Origin: Phoronis australis
Taxonomy: Eukaryota > Animalia > Phoronida
Assembly: GCA_002633005.1 (NCBI GenBank)
Contig: NMRA01000050.1
Coordinates: forward strand, 1,049,751 to 1,113,750
Direction: 5' to 3'
DNA length: 64,000 nucleotides
In this document: one piece after another, positions 40,501 to 50,820 of the stretch
Position numbering within the stretch: the first letter of the stretch is position 1
Layout: each line of letters opens with the position of its first letter
Program-made: the position numbers and the translations under genes
The notes under the pieces: generated by a model
The model's database searches: none
Told to the model about the DNA's origin: nothing
What the model saw: only the letters and a program-made list of their open reading frames with translations

Positions 40501-43500
40501 GCACAGTGTAACAACCTGCAACTTGGTACATTTTAAACATGTCAAAAACACTAAAAAAATTAATAATTCTATATTTATCCTGACAAAGAAAATATGGTTT
40601 CAAAAACATGTACATTTTAGATGTTTTTCACTATGGTTTTTGTTATTTCGTTTTTAATATTCAGGTCTTCTTGTGTATTTTTTTCTTTCCGGGAAGTACT
40701 AAAACATTAGTAGATTTGGATGGCGAGCGAAACTGAATTAGTCTACTTAATTGTGAACTCATTGCTGAACTTTCCAGATTACAGCTACACTAAGCATGTA
40801 ACAGCCAACAAAACTGTCCGTGTCATTAGTTATTATTTTGTCTTTATTGGAACTCAAACCATAAAATATAATTATACGAACGTGCAAATATTGTGACAGC
40901 TAAACCTAAGATTGTGAACCTCTGGAAAATTTCGGTTGCGCTGACTACATAACTACTTTAGCATTTCGTCAGTCATCAAAATAAAGATTGGACACAAGTT
41001 GAGTACAACTGTTTCCTCAAATCAAAAATCTTGAGATTGAAAGAATATTAAAACAACCATGCATGAGATATTCTTAAATCTGATCAGCGTTTGTAAATCC
41101 ACCGAGTATATCAGTAAACACGCTTATTCATCTCCCATAGTACCTAATGCTTGTAGTTTTTAGCATATTGGTTCGTTGATTTTTAAAAATCGAAAACTAT
41201 ATATTGTTGTTTTTCCAGTTTAATACCGCCGTGATGTTTGTTTTTTACGACTGTTGCTTAATGCATTTTGAAAACTCGTCAGTATGTACATGCAGAGATG
41301 AATATTACGGTATATGTTCGGGTAGTTGCACTTTATTGGGTTTTGCTCGCTCAGAACACTGCGGTCCATCACCCCTGTATCGAACTCCATTGATCATGGT
41401 AAAAGCCGTTCAGAAGGACGAGCGGAGAAAATTCCCGCGTACAATGTATCTTTAGAAATGTGTGACATCCTTGTAAGCGCATTTTTCAGGATATGCAATT
41501 CCTGGAGCAATGTTATCTTTCTAAATGGTAAACTTGTGGACCAGTTCATTGTAGCAGTGATTACTTTGGCAAGGGTGTACGCGGGGCCATCTAGTTTTGT
41601 GAAGTCTGTGTGTTGGTTTTGCTGCCCTTTGCGACAAGCAGAAACCGCCATGTGGCACCAAACGCATTCTGTCATTCGACATGGCGTCCACATCGGTGAC
41701 GACTTATGCTCTGAACACAAACGCACGGTTTTGACCCCAGCTGTGTTGAAATGTACATGTAGTTGGTGTGTTTGCTAGGGTATTTGGAACATACATGTAG
41801 GTCATGTAGAGTCAATTAAGTTTAAGAAAGACTGGACTGAAGTTGTAGCAAGTTTAACTGTGGCAGTATACTGGATAGTGTTGGTGATCCGAGCTGAGGA
41901 GTACAACGCCAGATGGCAGCATCGTTTACGTAAGCGTTGATTTTGCACACAAAAACATTTGAAGTACTGAAGACGTGTTAAACCCGTTTATTTTTCGGCA
42001 TCCCACCAATATACATGTAACTCTCAAGGATGTACAATCCCAGAATTCGTCACATCGACCTCGTCTAGTGGGTGAGTCTCTTATTTGAAGTAGAGTGTCC
42101 GAGGTGCTCACCACACAAAGTTGGACGTGATGAAAAGTTGATCATGAAAAGGAAACGTTGAGGGAAAGAGGCTTTCAACTAAAGAGATTCTGAATTGGAA
42201 AAGAAAAAAGGTTTTATGTCGACATTTTGTCTGTCTCTGGTAGATTTGCTCTCTGGTTTTCCATAGACATCCATTCCTTGCCTTTTCTGCCTTAAATTGC
42301 ATGTTTTCGAATGTGAATATTGGAGACAAATTTTTGCCGCATATTGAATATATTCACCAAGGCGACAAAATGCGTAGATTGCAACCCCTTTTGTCACTCG
42401 AGGCGTTCATTCTCACAAACCGTGCAGCTGAAATTCGCCACAAATGCTGTGCATTATTTATCGATAGTTTCATTTCGGGCATTGCATATGGAACGTTGTT
42501 CGAAATATTCCTTATCAGACTACATATCAGGGGCGGATCCAGAATTTTGAGTTAAGGGGCCAGGCCACAGGAATACCAGAATTTCGGCAGATGTGCGAGA
42601 CCAGCCTAAAACATTGGGATGCAGGGGTCTGGGTTTGCGGGCCTGTTGACTAAAAAAAAGAAAACGGGGTTTGTTGATTGCCTATGCATCGTTTACTCAA
42701 TCCCCCGGGTTTCGGATTTTAGGAGGGGCATGGCCCCCTTGTCCCCCCCCCCTCTAAATCTGCCACTGCATTTGACAACACTTACATACATGTAGTGCGC
42801 TGGTTTGTTCATCGTTAATGTACATAACTTCAAGGTGACACCAACGCATAAACTTTCAATTAAGATTTACCAGAGATCATAATTCGTGATTGAGACACGT
42901 GAACTCGCTAAAAATACCAAATAAGAGGTCTAACATTGCGCACTGGAAAATTAAAGGTATATTCCTAAGGATAAAAATCCAAAAAGGAAATTTAGGTTTT
43001 GAAGCATATCCCTTCAGACTAGTGGAAAATCATAAACTTTGAGACCACTCTTTATTCTAGAGAAATAACAAACGAGTATTTTGCAAGCCCATCCATCATT
43101 CCTTTTCATTAACCAACAGTATCTCACCAGTTTCAGAACAGCAGGTGGCCTAAATTAGAAAACAGTAGCAGAAAATATGCAGCTTTGGCTCCTCTTGTGA
43201 CACAATTCTCCCGATAACTCAACCGTTTGTGTGTTTATGTGTGACACTTCAATTTTCATGATAACGCCCCAAAAAATCATCGAACGTTGAACTAGTAATT
43301 TAATTTGGAGTTTCGTCTATTCGAGTGTAGACGCTTTGTAGTGTTTACTCTGCTCCTATATTTTTGTTCCTACATTGTCGATTTGACGACGCTTGCTGTG
43401 TGATTGTTGGCAAATTTGATAGACTTATTAAACTTTCAGTTCTCATCAGTCAGATATAAACAACAACATCCCTTGAATATTTTTAGTTTTTCTTTACAAA

Positions 43501-46500
43501 TTGCCCATTCTTTTTCTGTCTGTCAGACATTTTCTGAAAATAAATCCGGCATCTTTATCATTTTGATACTTGAAATAATCTAAAAGTACTGTTAAAGTTA
43601 ACGCCCTGGATTTCGTTCGGAGGCAGAGTGTTCGGCTGTTACTCCCGGATACATGTACATTTGTATAGTGAGTCTTTGACACCGCTAATGTGTGAAACCT
43701 ACATTTCTCGCCTATGATTTCCTTTGGGTGCTGACTTATATACATGTAGTCCAGTGGTACCTTAATAGTTATTCTATCTCTTTGTTTCAGTAGGAAGCAA
43801 CGTGGTGCTATTTCATTACAACAATTCGTTCATGCAATCCTTTAACAAGGATAGAATCCGTGCAGCGCCCATTCTCTCAGTCAAAGCACGTGACGAGGAC
43901 CTCGACATAGCTGTCGTTGACCTAGACTTAAAAGCTCCACTTCCGCCACCCTTCAATCGGTGCAAGAGGATAAACAAACATTCGCTGCCGAAACCACTGA
44001 CTAGGTTTAAAGTTATCGTGGGACAGGAATATCTGCACTTTGCTGGTCATCCTAACGGCCAAGGGAAGGTTCTGGATACTCAATGTAAAATTGAGCACAT
44101 AACGCGCGAGGAAAGAACCAGGGTATATGTCGCGTCAATCAATTGCTAGGGCAAACAAAAAATGTTGAGTTATTGTTTTCAAGTGCGTTTCCTGATCAAA
44201 GATCATAATGTAGAATTGTCGTGAGGACTTGACAGGGACCTCACGGGTCTCACACTTCACTGATTAACCACATTATTTTGAAAACGCTTTGCCCAGTCGC
44301 ACGCTGTGTGTCACAAAAGAGATAAGCATACCTGCAGCTGAAGCAGCAAGTAGAACTACTCTTGTTTGTCACATTGGTGTATACACACTGTTGAACTGTG
44401 GTTTTCTGTTGACCCCCGACGGTCCCGAGTTGCACCGATACCAACTCTGGACGGATTGGCGTTATGTTTTATACTTGGCTTATCACACTGTACATGTGGG
44501 ATGCAACAAACATCATGTCGGCAAAGAAATAGGCTTTTCTATTCATCTAACTTTTTTGGCAAAACAACCAGTTTTAAAGTTTATATAACCCACCACCTGT
44601 AAAAATCAAATTGTTATTTACGCCACCTCATTCGGTTATTACCACAGACTAAGGTCTGTTTTACCGAAGAATTAAACTTTCATAATTCTTAAAGTCCAGT
44701 CTCGGAAGTTTGGTTAACATTTTATTTGAGGTATGAGTGGAGCTGGTTCGATAGGTCCTGCATTCTGGCCAAGTGTCTTTATTTCGAAGCGACTGAAAAT
44801 AAGTAAACCAAATGGGGCTATTCGGAGAATTCTCCTCGCGGTGTCGCTGCTGTACTAGTGGTGATTGAATTGCGCATGCGTGGCTGTCTGCATGTAAACA
44901 ACTGGTAAAAGATGGAATTTTTATCAAAATACGTCGTCGCGCTAAGCCTTATTACTGCTAAATTCCCTGGTGCAAGTCCTCGACAGGTGGCCACAAATTC
45001 CCAAAAGACCTAAGGTTACTATATTCGTGGACAATTGCAGTCAACAGGGTCAACTAACTGAAAAAAGTGTGTGGATGCTGAAGCCCCGTGTGTGCTCTAT
45101 GTCTATGACTATGCAGTTCCATTCGGAGACTACACAACATTACTTGGTAAGTTTTTAGCAATCAGTTTCTATCAACATCGTTCGGTGATGTTATCCCCAC
45201 CAGTTACCCCACTGAATAACAGTTTTATTGAGTGGAACTAAGTGTTTCTTTTTGGAAACTCACCCGATGCCGGGTAGGCTAGCAGCACATATTCATATTG
45301 TCCTGGGTGGGAGTGCTCCCAAAATAAGAGGTGTATGGTACGTGATGCACAGAAGTCAAGAGTGACTTTTTCACAGCAGTTTCTCTTCAAAACTATGCTG
45401 TTTCCAATAAAATTCTCTAGATGAGTGAGTTTCCTTATTTTATCGTGGACCCCACCCCCAGGACCACCAGCTCAGTTATCGAATTAACATGAATAAGCCT
45501 TAATTCAGTAAATGTCGTAACATTGCATTGGAAAAAATTGACACCTAGAATGAATTTTACTTGTTGAGATCAGAAGCACATTTTAAGTGTCATGAAAAAT
45601 ACACATTGTTAAATCACTTTTAGCCTGTTTCACATATTTTAATTCAGATATTAAATAAGACTTGGGTACAAAGGTTATTAGTTTCTACACATAAACATGA
45701 AGATGAAATGTCAAGTATGTTCTGCCTTACAAAAGTAGTTTTGTCTTGTCTTTTCTTTTACAATTTGCTAATATTTCTATTCTGTTACAGGCAAGAAAAA
45801 ACAACTGAAACCAACCGCCTGACCATCTATTTCACCGTTGGACAAAGTGAAAAGCAATCCTTCAGCAATAACCTGAGAGAATTGAACGTAATTCAGAAAT
45901 TCAGCACCTGATATGCCTGATTATGGACTCCCTCGCAATGTTGTTTCTTTCTGTGCTTTTTCAGTTTGCCATTTGTTTTTAAATACACTGATAATTGTTT
46001 ATTCTCGAATCTTGTGCATAGCAGATTCTTATCCAGCTAGCTACAATTGAAAACATACAATAAGACAATCGATGCAGTCACTGAATGTCATTTCCCCATA
46101 ATCTGTACCAAATTGAAAAGTTTTTACCAATAGTATAAAGCCTTTCTTCTGAAAGGAAAATTTAATGTCACTCAGCTTTTGGCTTTCATTTCACTGGGTT
46201 CTAGTTTCAATGGCCTATAGAAGCGCTTGTAAAAAAGGTCCAGTTTCAACACGTGGCTTTCTTTCATGTAACCTCATTCAGCCTCAATAACATCCACAAT
46301 TAGACCCTTGAAGGTAAACACAGCAGCATATCACTTGAATCGTTTTGAGCCCAAAATCAGACTCTGAACTAGACCAGAGTGTGACTAGGTCTTCTTTAGC
46401 TTCAGTCCCTCATGTTTCTTCCAGGAAAGGAAATAAGCTATTGTCCACACATGACTCATTGCCTATGAAAGGGCATCCTCACCAACAAGGCTTATTTGTG

Positions 46501-48859
46501 TAGCAGTCAGATATAGTTCGTCTGGATACACAGACACTCCACTGGCACATTGTCTTATGGTAACTTAGTACTGCGATTCACATTTCTCCAGGGCCACTGA
46601 CTTGCACATTGTGCCATGCAGCACTGCTGGTGTGTGGAAGTGCTGTGGGAAGAGAACGGAGTAACAAAGCTTGTCTATGATACAGCTTGAAGTGGCCTTA
46701 AAATGTCACTGAACCTGGAACAAATATTGAAATATGAATAATTAAGTACTCCAGATTGGATCAAAAATGTTATCCCTGTTTTTCAAAAATATATGGTGAT
46801 TGGTCTACAGTTTCACATAAAAGTAAATAATTACTATTTTCAGAAACCAAGGGTGTATATAATGAGTATTGCATAAAACTGTGTCTTTATTTTTTATCCC
46901 TAGCCATAACAATTCTTTAAACGCATCACTTGTCTGTAAAATATACAAGTTTTTTGAGACAACTTCAAACCTTTGTTACCCATTTTCAAGCCTTTTTAAT
47001 TTTGATACTTTCAGCAATTTTAAACTCAGATTACAGGTTCATGGGTCTGTCAAGCATACTTCTAGCCTAAGGTTGAGGGAACCGTTTTTCTTCTAATAGA
47101 AGATATGAAGACTTGGGTCATTTAAAAATGATGGATAATCTTTCTGTTGTTTAAGAGTAATTATTACAAATCATATAAGGCACCATCAAAAATGCAATTT
47201 TCACAAAAATGGCAGTCATTTGAATTTATAACGACTTGCAACATTTCAAGGCATGAGTTAAGACTATTCAGTCACTGTGAATTCGGAAAATGTAATATAT
47301 TTTCGTGGTTTTACAATTGATACAAGTAGCAAAACAGTTTCATGAAATCAACTTGAAGGGACTTCGTGAAGGTTAAGAATTACCTCACCATGCTCTTTTC
47401 CCCAAACATGTATTACCTGTTATTTCCACACATTCAGTTGTACCAAATATTACAACCCCCCATGCCAATCCCCCCTCGGGACCTGAATAAGTAATTTAAC
47501 AAAATGACTTTAAAAATAGCTGTTCCTTTTCAAAGGCTTTGTTCGTTGTCTCCAATATTGAAAGTAGGCTTTGACAACAGATCTGCACTGGATGGGAAGA
47601 TCTTGTTGGTTAGCTGCAGTCAAATGCTAAAAACCAATTTTTTGCCCATTCAGGGACGGAGCAGAAGCGATGCGTATCTCCTCTGCACGGTACAAGCCTT
47701 CAAACCTAAAAACCAAAGGTTACGTGAAAACTGACGTGATAGATTTCCATTTCAACGTGTAATAGATTTCCAGAAGACATATGATAGGGAGTAAACAAAT
47801 AGTCTAATGCAATGGATATTTATCACTCACGTACCCTTTGCCATTGGGATTGGATTGTAATCTTAACTCATTAACCTGTATCGAGTTGACAGCATAAACA
47901 TTCAGCATTGATTGATGTAACTGTCACTGATAAACTTTTAGAAATCATTCCAAACAATAATAATGCTTTGATGTACGAAAAGATCCCGATTGCTACGTCA
48001 AGTATCGTATCACATATCACAACATACAAAGATTAACCAGACTCTGGCTGGCGACTGACTGCCGCGAAGTCGACATCGGCGAGTGCCTCAGTTAACAGGC
48101 ATCGGTAGAATAATCATGGAATAATCGTTAAAATAATCACAAACCTTACCTTTGTATGAGGTCGTGCTTACTTCCTCTCATAGAACCACCCTTTTTACGC
48201 AATCTCAGATTCAGTTGGCACGGCTGCAAGCCATTTCACCATGTATTTAAAGGGCTTGCGAAATCGAGGCTGTTAATCTATCACCACTAGTACACGCACG
48301 CCCTCTAGTTATTGTAGATTTTCCGAATAGCCCCATTACGTCCAGATATCACATCTAACTTGAGTAAGACACCAATTGAGACCAATTTTTATGCCACTGA
48401 GTAGGTTAAGAAAAGTTTGATACGGGTTGGATACTCTGTATATACAGTTAATGTACGTGTACGCTCAGAATGTAATAACGAATAAGTGGCAGTCACTATT
48501 TAGTGATTTTAGACAACATTTTGTAATTCAGTTTATTACAATTGCAGCTTCATGAACTTCACAGGAGGTCTGGCAGCGACATTTTCACCACAGTAGCCGA
48601 CGAAAAGCGAGTGCTTTACCAATCTAGTTCAAAATTCGGTCAAGGCAGCTCAGGAAGTCCGGGATTCGTAGCTGACGACCAACAGGACGCGTGTTTGGCT
48701 GTAATGCACACGAGTGGACATAATATGGTGTTGCCGCCAGGGGAGTTTCGCCTGAACACTGTTGAGCAAGGAGTCAGAATAGAGTGTATCTATGAATCCA
48801 TTAAGCGCCAAGACGCACGCTTGTGCCGCCTTATCTTCCCAGGAGGACGCCCCCAATAA
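20307..48859 (+). CDS. Ankyrin-repeat / FAM111-like trypsin-fold serine protease fusion, 686 aa; 14 exons: 20307-20372, 25364-25453, 29157-29252, 29430-29528, 30082-30180, 30519-30617, 30969-31064, 31441-31539, 36693-36794, 38949-39032, 39396-39651, 39784-40014, 43791-44122, 48548-48859
   Basis: All introns are GT-AG with compatible phases; the 2061-nt joined frame is open. Ankyrin consensus G-x-T-P/A-L-H-x-A...G-H..V..LL...A-D-V. Protease motifs [16 protein letters not shown] (His), DLDIAVVDL (Asp), [13 protein letters not shown] and [11 protein letters not shown] (Ser). The first exon is the least certain. Confidence 0.85.
22834..22912 (+). mobile_element. tRNA-derived SINE head or tRNA-like pseudogene
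   Basis: Pol III A box TGGTGTAGTGGT and B box GGTTCAAAACC at tRNA-like spacing; no clean cloverleaf. Confidence 0.45.
23908..23960 (-). mobile_element. Truncated tRNA-derived SINE head
   Basis: Minus strand reads GGGTTCCTCAGTTGCTCAGTGGTAAGAGCACTAGACCGGCAATC (A box with GCTC/GAGC D-stem); no B box. Confidence 0.4.
25364..25453 (+). CDS. ANK-protease exon 2, N-capping ankyrin ([30 protein letters not shown])
   Basis: TTCAG acceptor, GTAAG donor, 90 nt, phase 0-0; ankyrin-like L.A...G....L..L...G..IN pattern. Confidence 0.75.
25556..25679. repeat. Long imperfect (TG)n microsatellite
   Basis: Read directly; it explains the spurious VC/HT-rich ORFs. Confidence 0.95.
27191..27379. mobile_element. 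Dispersed repeat (second copy at 38155-38343), probably the end of a non-autonomous Kolobok-like DNA transposon
   Basis: Both copies run AGCTCTCAC...CACTTCC.GAGTAGAGGA...GCCT and are followed by TTAA, consistent with a TTAA target. Confidence 0.55.
27882..28685 (-). mobile_element. Candidate solo LTR
   Basis: TG...CA ends; on the minus strand a TATAAATA (~28360) precedes an AATAAA (~28090); internal short AGAAC/TTCTAG-type repeats. No TSD seen. Confidence 0.35.
29157..29252 (+). CDS. Ankyrin exon ([32 protein letters not shown])
   Basis: AG/GT flanked, 96 nt, phase 0. Confidence 0.9.
29430..29528 (+). CDS. Ankyrin exon ([33 protein letters not shown])
   Basis: AG/GT flanked, 99 nt, phase 0. 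Confidence 0.9.
30082..30180 (+). CDS. Ankyrin exon ([33 protein letters not shown])
   Basis: AG/GT flanked, 99 nt, phase 0. Confidence 0.9.
30519..30617 (+). CDS. Ankyrin exon ([33 protein letters not shown])
   Basis: AG/GT flanked, 99 nt, phase 0. Confidence 0.9.
30969..31064 (+). CDS. Ankyrin exon ([32 protein letters not shown])
   Basis: AG/GT flanked, 96 nt, phase 0. Confidence 0.9.
31441..31539 (+). CDS. Ankyrin exon ([33 protein letters not shown])
   Basis: AG/GT flanked, 99 nt, phase 0. Confidence 0.9.
32108..35341 (-). mobile_element. Internally deleted Academ (AcademX-type) transposon in an intron of the ANK-protease gene
   Basis: Imperfect TIRs TAGTCAGGTTTGCTGTGT / ACATAGTGAACCTAACTA; 3-bp TSD GGG (32105-32107 and 35342-35344). 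Minus-strand remnants RLLVLVKS...[11 protein letters not shown] and [12 protein letters not shown] (XPG/FEN H3TH-like); subterminal AAAATGGCG/GCCATCTT repeats. Confidence 0.8.
36693..36794 (+). CDS. Ankyrin exon ([34 protein letters not shown])
   Basis: AG/GT flanked, 102 nt, phase 0. Confidence 0.9.
38155..38343. mobile_element. Second copy of the Kolobok-like dispersed repeat
   Basis: Similar to 27191-27379 and ends ...GCCT|TTAA. Confidence 0.55.
38949..39032 (+). CDS. C-capping ankyrin exon ([28 protein letters not shown])
   Basis: CAG acceptor, GT donor, 84 nt, phase 0; KTA.D C-cap motif. Confidence 0.8.
39396..39651 (+). CDS. Linker-domain exon of the ANK-protease
   Basis: TTTCAG acceptor, open frame (ORF 39402), phase 0-1. 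Confidence 0.8.
39784..40014 (+). CDS. Protease exon with catalytic His (codon 39987-39989)
   Basis: [22 protein letters not shown]; phase 1-1; GTAAGT donor. Confidence 0.9.
42528..42768. mobile_element. Short hAT-like MITE
   Basis: Ends CAGGGGCGGATCCAGA and TCTAAATCTGCCACTG are imperfect inverted repeats; the 8-bp TSD is not retained. Confidence 0.55.
43791..44122 (+). CDS. Protease exon with catalytic Asp (codon 43904-43906) and GHP motif
   Basis: [11 protein letters not shown] and [19 protein letters not shown]; phase 1-0. Confidence 0.9.
44814..48334. mobile_element. Decayed ISL2EU-type (PIF/Harbinger-related) DNA transposon: THAP remnant on +, SAP and YqaJ exonuclease remnants on -
   Basis: TIRs GGGGCTATTCGG / CCGAATAGCCCC with AT on both flanks, plus the subterminal TGTACTAGTGGTGA inverted pair. 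+ strand: [18 protein letters not shown]...W..AV.R...VCS (44952-45147) and LKPTA*PSI (~45805). - strand: [16 protein letters not shown] (SAP-like, ~48150-48200) and YqaJ-like TPAVLHG...GVSVYP...LKLKK...[11 protein letters not shown] (~46210-46640). Confidence 0.75.
48548..48859 (+). CDS. Terminal protease exon with catalytic Ser (codon 48650-48652)
   Basis: [19 protein letters not shown]...LAVMHTSG...[15 protein letters not shown]...LIFP; phase-0 acceptor TGCAG. Confidence 0.9.
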   Translation, partial: LHELHRRSGSDIFTTVADEKRVLYQSSSKFGQGSSGSPGFVADDQQDACLAVMHTSGHNMVLPPGEFRLNTVEQGVRIECIYESIKRQDARLCRLIFPGGRPQ

Positions 48860-50465
48860 GTAGTGCAAACCTCAGGCGCACCATTAGGCCAGGGAGCTCA
48901 ACCACCCTAGAAGAATTTTGCTTTCACCAAACAATATTTGGAAATCTTTTCACACGTATAGCATGGAAGACCAGTAAAGTCGGTTCCCTGTAATTTTTAT
49001 TTATGATATTAACTTGAATATTTTAGGACACCTCATGTACCTGTGAAGGTGCGAAAGGTCTTCGTAACTGTCTGTAATGTACATTTGTATAGTTTTCAAG
49101 ATTATCATGTGATCTTTTCTGAAATCTTATAATGGCTGGTTTTGTTGCATCTCTGCTGAATACTGAAGTAATTTATTGATACAAGTAAATTACTAATTAT
49201 TAATTTTTTTTTTTCTATTTGTTGTCTGTCCATGCTCAGTCGTCGGTGGCAATTAGGTTGTGATTTTCCTGCCTTTAACCTCAATATCAGACAAGCGTTA
49301 CTACACTACACGAAAAAGTATAGAGGCAATATTGTGTTTTCCCATCACTGACGGCCAATCATGTTTAATCCAAAGTCACTGGTAATAATTACTAAGTCTG
49401 CTAAGTCGAATTACACAAAGCTAACCCGCCGTACTAACATTCGTGTCAATTCCACACATCCGGGTCATTCTCCGTCAAAATGAGGAAGGACATCTGGCTG
49501 ATCATGAATTCGGCATTCGCCCAACCGTCATGACGAGGATGTCAGGGTTATTTTGTCTGCCATACATTTGCATGTACTACAGTTGTCAAACTCTTAAAGC
49601 AAGTCTTTTTAAGTACACAACACTTATCTAACCTTAGGTTTTTACCGAGTGAGATGGTAACTAAGACAAGAAGGTTTTTAGCACAATCGCCATGTTAAAT
49701 TCCCACAACTCTTGAAATGCCTAGCCAACACCAAAGTACATGTAAAGTGTGAAAACCTTTTGTTGGGCTGTCGGTATCCATATAATTGTTGGTATCACAA
49801 ATAGAATGCTATCGCTGTAGAAACGTTACGACATCGATTTAATGCGAGTAAACAGGGCGAAATTCTAAATTTTTAAATACGGTTTATGAAAGGAAGGAGG
49901 TTGATTATTTGAGTCCATTGTAAGCACATTTCCAAACAAGGCGGTACGTGTAACCTAATAATACAACCAACAGAAACAGCAATACGACAGTTTTGAGGCA
50001 AACCAACGGTGGTTTTAAATTGAAGAAGACTGAGAGCCATTGACTTGTCGAAGACCGATAGGAGAAAGTATACACCTTTACTAACCACAGTACCAATGTA
50101 CATTTTGTCTTGACCCCGTAACGGCTATGCAGGCCCTATGTATTTCGGTTACGCTGTGGAATGATGCTTTTGGATGAATAATGAATAGAGGTTGAAAATT
50201 CATCAAATGCTCCTACTTCATATTTCTTAAAAATGAATGTACGTATTTTTTCTGCATTCGTCAGACATGCAGGCAAGTTTGCATGTGTTTCTAGGCGTTA
50301 CTTAAAGGTACACCATTCCGTGCATCGTATAACGGACGTATCATATATTTTTGATTGGAAAATTAAAAATTCACAGCTGGGTCCGTAAGTTTAGATATTC
50401 TCGGAGTAGTGAATCTTCAAGGTGCAGTCATGGAATTGTTTCCCGGCACTCCATGTTCACATGTC

Positions 50466-50820
50466 TCAACACTACCACCATTCGTATGAGTGCTCTGATT
50501 TAGATCTGATTTACCAACATATGCCTCAACGCTACCACCATTCGTACATGTATGAGTGCTCTGATTTAGGTCTGATTTACCAATATATGCCTCAACGCTA
50601 CCACCATTCGTATGAGTGCTCTGATTTAGGTCTGATTTACCAATATATGCTTCAACGCTACCACCATTCGAATGAGTGCTCTGATTTAGGTCTGATTTAC
50701 CAATATATGCCTCAACACTACCACCATTCGTATGAGTGCTCTGATTTAGGTCTGATTTACCAGTGTATGCCTCAACGCTACCACCATTCGTATGAGTGGC
50801 CTGATTTAGGTCTGAGTTTC
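50466..50820. repeat. 60-bp minisatellite, ~6 units (one 66-bp variant)
   Basis: Unit TCAACGCTACCACCATTCGTATGAGTGCTCTGATTTAGGTCTGATTTACCAATATATGCC. Confidence 0.95.

Noticed and set aside
41204-41778. Overlapping 83-150 aa ORFs in the protease intron
   Set aside because: No recognisable motif, and the protease reads continuously from 40014 to 43791 without them.
42955-43761. Possible TTAA-flanked Kolobok MITE
   Set aside because: The ends share only GGTA; too weak to support.
50466-50820. CRISPR-like periodic array
   Set aside because: Units are contiguous with no unique spacers, there are no cas genes, and the context is eukaryotic.
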